DNA of 61,863 nucleotides from Candidatus Parcubacteria bacterium. Lineage in GTDB: Bacteria > Patescibacteriota > Minisyncoccia > UBA6257 > 2-01-FULL-56-20. Of this stretch, positions 9,329-16,094 are shown one piece after another (the stretch's first letter is position 1; the number at the start of each line of letters is the position of its first letter). The notes below the pieces were generated by a model. It saw nothing but the letters and a program-made list of their open reading frames with translations, searched no databases and had not been told where the DNA came from. The DNA lies in NCBI GenBank assembly GCA_027324805.1, contig DAHVRZ010000004.1, positions 1 to 61,863 of the forward strand, given 5' to 3'. Position numbers and translations under genes: made by a program.

Positions 9329-10549
9329 TCATTCGGTGCCTTTGTTATCCCTGACCCCTCTTACCTCCTTCACGAAAAAGTCGACGCCGTCCGACAGGAC
9401 TTTGGCGTAGCCTGCGTTTTGAAACGCCCCTCCCCTCAACTCCCCATATTTCGCCCAGCCTGTGCGCATGAGGAACGTCCGAACGCATCCTCCGTGAGTT
9501 ACTACGAGTACGGTCTTTCCGGGGTACGCGGCCGCGATCTCTCGAAGTTGGACAATAAACCGGCTGACCACTTCTTCATCGCTTTCCATGTCGTCCGCGA
9601 AGCGGAACTTCCACTGTTCATCGTGTGATAGCTTCCCTTTTTCCATGAGGAGACGCTGCGCTGTTTCTTGAAAGGCCGAAGACGGCCCTCCTTCGAAGCG
9701 TCCGTATTTCCGCTCCCGCAGGAGCTTCGAGGTCTGTATGGCCAGCTGCCGGTCGAGCTTTATGATCTCGGCCGTCCTCACTGCCCTCGGCGAATCCGAC
9801 GAAAATGCCGCATCGAACCGAATTCCCTTCAGCTCTTGCGCGGTTGCCTCAACCTGTTTTACCCCTTCCGGCGTGAGCGGTGAATCCATCTGCCCCATGA
9901 CGGTATGATTCTTATTCCATTCCGTCTCGCCATGGCGCACGAGGTAAAGCGTGCAGTAATTTTTCTCCCGTTCTTTCAATGCGATGCCTTCCATCCTGAT
10001 CACGGACAGCATGCCGTCTATGCTCTCCAACTCCGCAAAGCCGCAGTCCTCGATCCTAACATCTCCCAATTTCAAGATTTCTCGGAAGACGAATGAGATC
10101 GGACCGCCATGGGAAAGGATCGCTATCGTTTGATACGGCTGTTTGGTGATGGCGTCGAGCGATTTCCGGATGCGCTCCCCGAAGCGTTCGTAGTTTTCGC
10201 TTTCCGGGACGGCATGCCGATGATTCTTCAGTGCCTCAACATGTTCCGGATGTTTCTCCTTCGCTTCGCTTTTCACCATGCCCGTGAGGATGCCATACAT
10301 GTTTCGTTCGCGGATATCGTGCACAACCTCGACTTTACATCCGATTTCTTTCGAAACGATTGCCGCTGTCTCTTGAGCGCGGATCTTCGGGCTGCAAAAG
10401 ATGATCTCAATACCGGAGTTTTTTAATTTGTCCGCCAGCTCGCGAGCCTGCGCTTCTCCCTCCTCGGTAAGGTGGTCATTGTAATCGCCGCCGAAGCGAT
10501 CTTCTAAATCACCTGTCGTTTGCCCATGCCTGATAAGATATATCTTCAT
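9329..10549 (-). CDS. tandem histidine phosphatase (phosphoglycerate mutase family) protein
   Basis: Two RHG modules, IYLIRHGQT at the N-terminus and LYLVRHGETEWN mid-protein, each followed by an SHGG/THGG-type motif. Confidence 0.85.
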   Translation of the reverse strand: MKIYLIRHGQTTGDLEDRFGGDYNDHLTEEGEAQARELADKLKNSGIEIIFCSPKIRAQETAAIVSKEIGCKVEVVHDIRERNMYGILTGMVKSEAKEKHPEHVEALKNHRHAVPESENYERFGERIRKSLDAITKQPYQTIAILSHGGPISFVFREILKLGDVRIEDCGFAELESIDGMLSVIRMEGIALKEREKNYCTLYLVRHGETEWNKNHTVMGQMDSPLTPEGVKQVEATAQELKGIRFDAAFSSDSPRAVRTAEIIKLDRQLAIQTSKLLRERKYGRFEGGPSSAFQETAQRLLMEKGKLSHDEQWKFRFADDMESDEEVVSRFIVQLREIAAAYPGKTVLVVTHGGCVRTFLMRTGWAKYGELRGGAFQNAGYAKVLSDGVDFFVKEVRGVRDNKGTE

Positions 10550-10995
10550 TTGAGCTTCGCGGTGATTTGTTTTGATATGTCCTGCAATTCCGCCTCCGGC
10601 GTCGTCTCGCGCGATCCGGGACGATAGAGGAACTTGCGCGGCTCATATTCGGTAATCCCTTCATCTCCAGTCTTGCGCGGGACAATATGGAGATGAAAGT
10701 GCGGAATGGACTGGCCCGCAATCTTTTCTTCGTTCCATACATGATGAAATCCTTCCGCGCCGAAGAGATCCTCGAGTGCCGCTTTTACCTCCGTCATGAG
10801 TGCGAATATCGCCGTCTTCTCGTCAGCGGTCAACTCTTCGAATTTCTGCACGTGCCGCACCGGCGCGACAAGCGTGTGGCCCGGCGCGATCGGAATGTTC
10901 GTCAAAAATGCCCACGCGAGACCGTTATTCTTGACCGTGCGGGTCTTGATTTCCGGCAGAGTGCAATAGACGCAGTCCATATTGATGATTGACAC
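10546..10995 (-). CDS. HIT family nucleotide hydrolase/transferase
   Basis: Histidine triad HFHLHIVPR. ATGA overlap with the downstream gene. Confidence 0.85.
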   Translation of the reverse strand: MSIINMDCVYCTLPEIKTRTVKNNGLAWAFLTNIPIAPGHTLVAPVRHVQKFEELTADEKTAIFALMTEVKAALEDLFGAEGFHHVWNEEKIAGQSIPHFHLHIVPRKTGDEGITEYEPRKFLYRPGSRETTPEAELQDISKQITAKLK

Positions 10996-10998
10996 GGG

Positions 10999-11553
10999 TT
11001 ATTTAATGAGCGCTTTCATTTTCTCAAAGAGATCCAACATATCCGGTCGTAGAATTAAATAAATGAATTTCTTCTTATCTTCATCACTCAAATGGCCCAA
11101 TGAGCCAATTGGCCGCGCCTCAAAACCCAACGCCTTTCCTTCTTCTATTTTCAGATCTCTGACATCGCCGTGATAGACATAGGCGTACTGCGCCCGGATC
11201 GTATTGTTGATCGTCTTGGTCGCGGGATCTTCCGACCGCTTATGAAGCGTAAGTATGAGATGAAGGTCGGCTGGATTTGGTATGACCCCGGTCTCCTCCT
11301 CCATCTCCTTGATCGCCGTCTTCTCGTATGAATCGCCCGGCTCCACATGGCCGCCTACGGTCGCGTCCAGAAGATCAGGGAACGTATCCTTGTCCTTCGC
11401 ACGATGCTGGAAAACGATTTCCCCTTTCGGCGTGACGAACCAGATGTGGATCTCGCGGTGGAGCAGGCCTTTCTCGTGGATTTCTCCACGGGTCGCCTGG
11501 CCAATCACACGATCATTTTCGTCGACAATTTCTAAAATGCGGCTGTCGGGCAT
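10999..11553 (-). CDS. NUDIX hydrolase
   Basis: Nudix box GGHVEPGDSYEKTAIKEMEEETGV. Confidence 0.85.
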   Translation of the reverse strand: MPDSRILEIVDENDRVIGQATRGEIHEKGLLHREIHIWFVTPKGEIVFQHRAKDKDTFPDLLDATVGGHVEPGDSYEKTAIKEMEEETGVIPNPADLHLILTLHKRSEDPATKTINNTIRAQYAYVYHGDVRDLKIEEGKALGFEARPIGSLGHLSDEDKKKFIYLILRPDMLDLFEKMKALIK

Positions 11554-11570
11554 GGAACAATAGATGGTGA

Positions 11571-12023
11571 TTAGCGTTTAATGGAAACCTTACTGATGTT
11601 GCCGTTCAAAAATATCGGCTGCAAGCCAAACACCTCCTCCATGAAACCGAGCCGTTCCGAGATGGGGTTCAAGATGAATATCGGTTTCTTCCGGTCAAAA
11701 CCGATCGCCGCCTCGATAAGCGTATTGCCGCCGATGTAGCCGGGGACGCCTTTCTTTTCATAATTGAGGATCAGCACCGCATCGCCGCTTTTCACTTTGT
11801 TAAGATGGTTTTTGATGAGCCACGTCTTGCGGGTATACTTCTTGGGGTCGGCAAACCACGTTTTATACGTCTCCACGCGGTAATCGCCGCTCTTCTTCAT
11901 CTTCATCGCCGTATATGGGAGCTTCACGGCGTAACCCATCTTCTTAAGCTCCTTTTCCACTTCGAGCGCCTGCTTGAAGAAGGCGGCGCTGCAACAAATG
12001 GTGATTGATTTCTTCTTTTTCAT
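11571..12023 (-). CDS. nucleoside 2-deoxyribosyltransferase/DNPH1-like fold protein (paralog B)
   Basis: DAVLILNYEKKGVPGYIGGNTLIEAAIGF parallels DAVLIVNLEKQGVKNYIGGNVLIEMGQAY in the upstream paralog. Start trimmed to MKKKKSITI at 12023. Confidence 0.55.
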   Translation of the reverse strand: MKKKKSITICCSAAFFKQALEVEKELKKMGYAVKLPYTAMKMKKSGDYRVETYKTWFADPKKYTRKTWLIKNHLNKVKSGDAVLILNYEKKGVPGYIGGNTLIEAAIGFDRKKPIFILNPISERLGFMEEVFGLQPIFLNGNISKVSIKR

Positions 12024-12024
12024 A

Positions 12025-12453
12025 TCAGGCAATGGCGGCGAGGTCGCCGTTAAGGCAGATGGGATCCATCGCTTCGATCTCATCCATGTACGAAAGCCCT
12101 TCCGGCATGCCGTTTAGGAAGAAGATCTTCTTGCCATTCACGTAGGCCTGTCCCATCTCTATGAGGACGTTGCCGCCGATATAGTTCTTCACGCCCTGCT
12201 TCTCAAGATTCACAATGAGCACGGCATCGCTCGCGAGGATGTTCCCATAATGTTCATTGAGGTAATTGTTCTCCCGTTTGATCGCGGCACGTTCGCCGTT
12301 GCGCCAGCGCGTTACGATGTCCTGCTTGTCGCCGCGGGCAAACGCTTCGTAATCTGGATGTATCCAGCCGTCATAGCCGAGTTCACGCAGCCGATCTTTA
12401 CAGGCAACCATTTCCTTGTAGAAATGGCTGCTTCCCAGAACGTAAATCTTCAT
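12025..12453 (-). CDS. nucleoside 2-deoxyribosyltransferase/DNPH1-like fold protein (paralog A)
   Basis: MKIYVLGSS start, a conserved acidic residue in the IGGNVLIEMG block, about 140 aa flavodoxin-like pattern. First gene of the operon. Confidence 0.55.
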   Translation of the reverse strand: MKIYVLGSSHFYKEMVACKDRLRELGYDGWIHPDYEAFARGDKQDIVTRWRNGERAAIKRENNYLNEHYGNILASDAVLIVNLEKQGVKNYIGGNVLIEMGQAYVNGKKIFFLNGMPEGLSYMDEIEAMDPICLNGDLAAIA

Positions 12454-12460
12454 GACTCAT

Positions 12461-12466
12461 ATTGTA
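12461..12466 (-). promoter_or_regulatory. -10 element (TACAAT) 7 nt upstream of the operon's first ATG, a leaderless geometry
   Basis: The minus strand reads TACAAT-atgagtc-ATG. No Shine-Dalgarno sequence is present. Confidence 0.45.
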
Positions 12467-12621
12467 GGGCGGCTTCGCCAAAAACGGAAGCGCTCCCCGA
12501 TGTCCGAATTCTGCACCCTTACCGCCGCCACTATCGGGACGCGAGCTACAAAACGTCATCTTTTACAGCATTGAGAATGCTCCCTTTTATTTTCTCCGCG
12601 TTCCCGTGCTTCATCATGCCG

Positions 12622-12652
12622 AAAAAGGGCGATCCTCGCATGAGGACCGCCC
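12622..12652 (-). terminator. rho-independent terminator downstream of 12810..13283
   Basis: gggcggtcctc-atgc-gaggatcgccc hairpin followed by TTTTT on the minus strand. Confidence 0.65.
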
Positions 12653-12809
12653 TTTGGGATGCCGAATAGTTCGGCGAAATTATTGCCATTAGGTCACAGG
12701 AGCTGATGTACTGCGCCCGCTTTGAAGCGGTGTTCTGCTTCTTTCCATATGAGGCCAGTGTAATGGTCCGCGGTGGTGCGCAGGGGCTGTGCATGTAAAG
12801 CACATTAAA

Positions 12810-13283
12810 CTATCGTTGCTCTCCGGCGCGAAGCGGGAAAGGACCTCTTTTCGCCCCCCGAGAAGAGAAACGATAATTTACACCGTTATGCAGAAGTACG
12901 AGATTAAGCCTCGTAAACCAATAACGGTAATATTCCTTTTGGCCACAAACAGAAAGAGGAAGAACGCAGCCCGGTTCCTTCCGTACCGCTTCCATAATCG
13001 CTCGTTGCTCCGAAGTCCATGGAAGTTCCATAATTTTTACCCAATCAGCCGATTCAAGCGGTCGGCTGGAAGGATAAAACGATAACTTCTTCTTCCGTCG
13101 CACGAGCGAAATGTGAGCGTTTACCTTTGGCGAGTCAATATTTATGAAGACTTGCCCTAATTGAAGCCCTTCAGTTGTCGCCCATGCTTGAATGAGCATC
13201 AATAGTTTTTCCTTGGCCTCCATAGCCATCTCCTCGCGAAATATCGCTGAGCATTTTATACCATTTTTTATTAATTTTTGCAA
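12810..13283 (-). CDS. hypothetical protein
   Basis: 157-aa ORF with ordinary composition, bracketed by terminators. The start is uncertain (alternative MAMEAKE). Confidence 0.4.
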   Translation of the reverse strand: MQKLIKNGIKCSAIFREEMAMEAKEKLLMLIQAWATTEGLQLGQVFINIDSPKVNAHISLVRRKKKLSFYPSSRPLESADWVKIMELPWTSEQRAIMEAVRKEPGCVLPLSVCGQKEYYRYWFTRLNLVLLHNGVNYRFSSRGAKRGPFPLRAGEQR

Positions 13284-13334
13284 TCCAATACAAAAATCGC
13301 CCTTTCAAGCGGTCTTTGTTTGCTGACAATCCAT

Positions 13335-13371
13335 AAAAAGTGAAAGGCTGGCAGCGCAAAGCACACCAGCC
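13335..13371 (-). terminator. terminator-like hairpin following rpsI fragment copy B
   Basis: ggctgg...ccagcc stem followed by a T-rich run on the minus strand. Confidence 0.45.
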
Positions 13372-13438
13372 CTGCCCATAGCAGCCCTCTGTGAAGAATG
13401 AGAGCGGAGGATTGAGTATGGGAAATCAGCACCGAAGC

Positions 13439-13558
13439 GCTCGTTTAGCGCTTCGCCCACTGGCACGCTCTGGGCTGTGGCGAACTTTGGGAGGCCGTTT
13501 TGTGCCCGTATTTCCTACTGCGATTTTCATCGCGCAAGAATCGCGCGGAAGATCGCGC
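13439..13558 (-). pseudogene. rpsI 3' fragment (repeat copy B)
   Basis: About 120 nt nearly identical to 5943-6061. It ends with cagtgggcgaagcgctaa (QWAKR-stop), like true rpsI. Confidence 0.75.
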
Positions 13559-13646
13559 AAGGATTTTTGTATGCGGAACCGTCTATGTTCACTTCAATGG
13601 TCAATCCTTCTTCCATTCACGCTCATTCTACCGCTGTATCTGCCAA

Positions 13647-13671
13647 CCAAAAAGCCCCGGTTTGCCGAGGC
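13647..13671 (-). terminator. rho-independent terminator (module also present at 14135-14158)
   Basis: gcctcgg-caaa-ccggggc followed by TTTTTGG on the minus strand. Confidence 0.65.
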
Positions 13672-13695
13672 TTCCTGTTCTAACTTGGTCTGCGC

Positions 13696-13722
13696 AAAAA
13701 AGGCGCACCGCATGGATGCGCC
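13696..13722 (-). terminator. rho-independent terminator immediately after 13744..14037
   Basis: ggcgca-9 nt-tgcgcc followed by TTTTTT on the minus strand. Confidence 0.65.
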
Positions 13723-13743
13723 CCTGAAATCTGTGCCGCCGTA

Positions 13744-14037
13744 TCAAGCGGCTTCATCTAGTTTATAAACTTGCATCGGTTGCGAATCGTCATCAGGCCA
13801 GATGACGCCGTATCCCCGTTCCTTCCACCACGCCCCAGCGAGCGGAGTAATGTATCTACCCCACTGCGCAATGCGCTGGTGCACTTCTGCTCGTTGATGT
13901 GGACGCATCACTTCGTATACGTCGTTTGAGTTGATGCGGTTCTGGGAAAGCCACGCCGTTCGCAGTTTTCTGATGTAGCCTTCGTATTCCTTATTCAGGG
14001 CGTCGACCTCGGACTGCAGGGATGTAGCCTGACTCAT
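13744..14037 (-). CDS. hypothetical protein
   Basis: 97-aa ORF preceded by AGGAGG 6 nt upstream of the ATG and followed by tandem terminators. Confidence 0.6.
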   Translation of the reverse strand: MSQATSLQSEVDALNKEYEGYIRKLRTAWLSQNRINSNDVYEVMRPHQRAEVHQRIAQWGRYITPLAGAWWKERGYGVIWPDDDSQPMQVYKLDEAA

Positions 14038-14134
14038 GTTTGCCTCCTATTCTGGTTTGACCCATTCATATGAAAGCATTTCGTCCGCCTTTCTGCTGGC
14101 CAAAGTCTAGCATGATATTTGAAATTAAAGCAAC

Positions 14135-14158
14135 CAAAAAGCCCCGGTTTACCGAGGC
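14135..14158 (-). terminator. rho-independent terminator following rpsI fragment copy E
   Basis: gcctcgg-taaa-ccggggc followed by TTTTTGG on the minus strand. Near-duplicate of 13647-13671. Confidence 0.6.
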
Positions 14159-14190
14159 CTTTTGTTCTGTAGCTAGTCCGCAGCACTCTC

Positions 14191-14237
14191 CTAGCGCTTC
14201 GCCCACTGCAACCCTTTGGGCAGATATGGGCTTTAGG
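14191..14237 (-). repeat. short rpsI 3'-end copy (repeat copy E)
   Basis: ctagcgcttcgcccactg (QWAKR-stop) plus about 25 nt resembling copies A and B. It lies directly after the stop of 14240..14674. Confidence 0.6.
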
Positions 14238-14239
14238 AC

Positions 14240-14674
14240 TCAGCGTTTCGCCGCCTCTCCCTGGAAGAACCAATGGACGCCGTATCTGTCGGCAAGGTGT
14301 CCATAACTCCCGAACGGCATATCCCGCAGATCATCGAGCAGCGACGGATCCGCGCCGACGGCGAGCTTGTCGAATATCGTCCTCAATTCTTCATACGTTT
14401 CCCCATTAATGTACATCGCGACAGTATTTCCCTTCACGGGCTTGCGCGTGGGATGGAGCCAGTCAGTTGCGGAAAATGAAACCGCGCCGCTCTCAAGGTG
14501 TGCGTGGGCAACTTTTTGATGCTGCTCCGGTGGCATCTGCGCTTTCATGGGAGTATCGCCGACCTTCGTCACGGTCAGCTCGCCGCCGAGGCACGACTGA
14601 TAGAACGCCATCGCATCGGCACAGTCGCCGTCGAACAAAAGGAATGGAGTGAGGTTCAGCATATCTTGCATCAT
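14240..14674 (-). CDS. VOC/glyoxalase superfamily protein (PhnB-like)
   Basis: LTPFLLFDGDCADAMAFYQSCLGGEL N-terminus and FGSYGHLADRYGVHW C-terminus are typical of PhnB-like VOC proteins. Start trimmed to the MMQDM cluster, because the longer ORF runs through a hairpin. Confidence 0.7.
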   Translation of the reverse strand: MMQDMLNLTPFLLFDGDCADAMAFYQSCLGGELTVTKVGDTPMKAQMPPEQHQKVAHAHLESGAVSFSATDWLHPTRKPVKGNTVAMYINGETYEELRTIFDKLAVGADPSLLDDLRDMPFGSYGHLADRYGVHWFFQGEAAKR

Positions 14675-14715
14675 AACAGAAAACAGCCCCATTGCTGAAG
14701 CTGTTTTCTGAGATT

Positions 14716-14847
14716 CCAATCTTATGTCTGCGGCGCTAGCCGCTACACGGCAACAAAACGCCCCATCAGGCAAGTTTCCTGTGGGGAGTTTTTAAGATTC
14801 CCCTTGTTTCACCGAGCTTCCGGGCCACCCCAGAAATTATGGCTCGT
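14716..14847 (-). repeat. rpsI 3' flank homologous to repeat copy A
   Basis: Aligns by eye with 5826-5948, with most positions identical and a few indels. Confidence 0.7.
14761..14793. terminator. rpsI terminator (bidirectional hairpin)
   Basis: ccccatcagg-caagtt-tcctgtgggg with T-runs on both strands. Confidence 0.7.
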
Positions 14848-15306
14848 CTAGCGTTTCGCCCACTGAGGAGATCTGCGCGCTTTCCGCTTGCCGTACTTCT
14901 TGCGTTCCACCATGCGCGAATCGCGGGTGAGGAATCCCATAACACGGAGGCGCGGCTTCCAGTCGGCGCTCTTTGCAACGATTGCACGGGAAAGTCCGAG
15001 GCGGACCGCTTCGGCTTGGGCGTGGATACCGCCGCCGGAAACATTGACGGAAACATCGAGATCGGCGATTTGGAGCTGTTCGAGCGGAGCCTTCGCGGCG
15101 GCAATAAGGCGCGGGAGCGTGAAATAGCTCTTGATGTCCATTCCGTTCACGGTCACCTTGCCCTTGCCGGCAACGATGCGCACGCGCGCGATCGCGGTTT
15201 TGCGGCGGCCGACGGCCTCGGTGTAACGACCCGAAGCGGGCGCGTGATGCGCCGCGATGTGGTGACGCGGTGTGGGTTCCTTTTTGGTTGTCTCGGTGAT
15301 TGCCAT
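14848..15306 (-). CDS. rpsI: 30S ribosomal protein S9
   Basis: GRRKTAIARV ... GGGIHAQAEA ... C-terminus KRKARRSPQWAKR. Start trimmed to MAITETT, just after the rplM stop. Confidence 0.95.
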   Translation of the reverse strand: MAITETTKKEPTPRHHIAAHHAPASGRYTEAVGRRKTAIARVRIVAGKGKVTVNGMDIKSYFTLPRLIAAAKAPLEQLQIADLDVSVNVSGGGIHAQAEAVRLGLSRAIVAKSADWKPRLRVMGFLTRDSRMVERKKYGKRKARRSPQWAKR

Positions 15307-15328
15307 TGGTGTCGTAGGTCGCGAACGG

Positions 15329-15673
15329 TTACTTCTCGACGAAAATGAGGTTTTTGATGCGCCGCTGCGTGAGGAAGTTGCGCGGAAGCATCTTGCGCAC
15401 GGCATGGCGGAGCACCCAGCGGGGATCCTTTGCCATCGCCTCCTCGAGACGCTTCTCTTTAAGATGGCCGACGTAGCCGGTATGGTTGTAATAGATCTTA
15501 TCGGTCATCTTATTGCCGGTCACGACAAGGCCATCAACATTCTTCACATAGACCTTATCGTCGCTCACCGCGTTGCTCTTGTATGCCGCCGATTTCTTGC
15601 CCTGCAAAATGAGGGAGATGTCGGTGGCCAGGCGGCCGAGTACTTTGTTTTTTGCGTCAATATGATAATCCAT
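15329..15673 (-). CDS. rplM: 50S ribosomal protein L13 (short form)
   Basis: VLGRLATDISLILQGK and YYNHTGYVGHLK motifs. Confidence 0.93.
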   Translation of the reverse strand: MDYHIDAKNKVLGRLATDISLILQGKKSAAYKSNAVSDDKVYVKNVDGLVVTGNKMTDKIYYNHTGYVGHLKEKRLEEAMAKDPRWVLRHAVRKMLPRNFLTQRRIKNLIFVEK

Positions 15674-15703
15674 GACTCGCAGAGTATATCCTAATTCGCC
15701 GAT

Positions 15704-16060
15704 TTATACAAATTCGATGCGGACCATGCGCGAAGCATCGCGCTTGCGCGTCTTGCCGAGCTTCGTGATGCGAAGATAGCCGCCCTTCCGCTCCGCATAA
15801 CGCGGGCCATATTCCTCCATGAGCTTCTTCGCAATGCGGGCATTCCCGACGCGGCTCAGGATCTCGCGGCGCGAGGCCACGGTCTGCCGCTTGGCGAACG
15901 TAACAAGGCGTTCCACTTTGGGACGGATCGCTTTGGCTCGTGTTTCGGTCGTTTCAATGCCGCCGGCGCGGATAAGATCATTGCCGAGGTTGCGGATGAA
16001 TGATACCCGTTGGCCCTTCACGCGGCCGAACTTATTCATTTTTTTCTTTCCGTGGAACAT
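15704..16060 (-). CDS. rplQ: 50S ribosomal protein L17
   Basis: IETTETRAKAIRPKVERLVTFAK ... GGYLRITKLGKTRKRD. Confidence 0.93.
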   Translation of the reverse strand: MFHGKKKMNKFGRVKGQRVSFIRNLGNDLIRAGGIETTETRAKAIRPKVERLVTFAKRQTVASRREILSRVGNARIAKKLMEEYGPRYAERKGGYLRITKLGKTRKRDASRMVRIEFV

Positions 16061-16094
16061 GGTGGAATTTGCTGTTTGGGATTTTCCGGGAACC

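Noticed and set aside
5826-14865. Could the repeated ~120-nt units be a CRISPR array?
   Set aside because: The units are about 120-150 nt, not 25-40 nt. There are only a few copies, the spacing is irregular (0.6-7.5 kb), protein-coding genes lie between them, and no cas genes are present.
4338-14865. Looked for an integrase, transposase or other recombinase to explain the cassette-like region
   Set aside because: None of the ORFs shows tyrosine recombinase (R..HxxR..Y), serine recombinase or DDE motifs by eye. The mobility mechanism therefore remains unexplained and is reported only as an inference.
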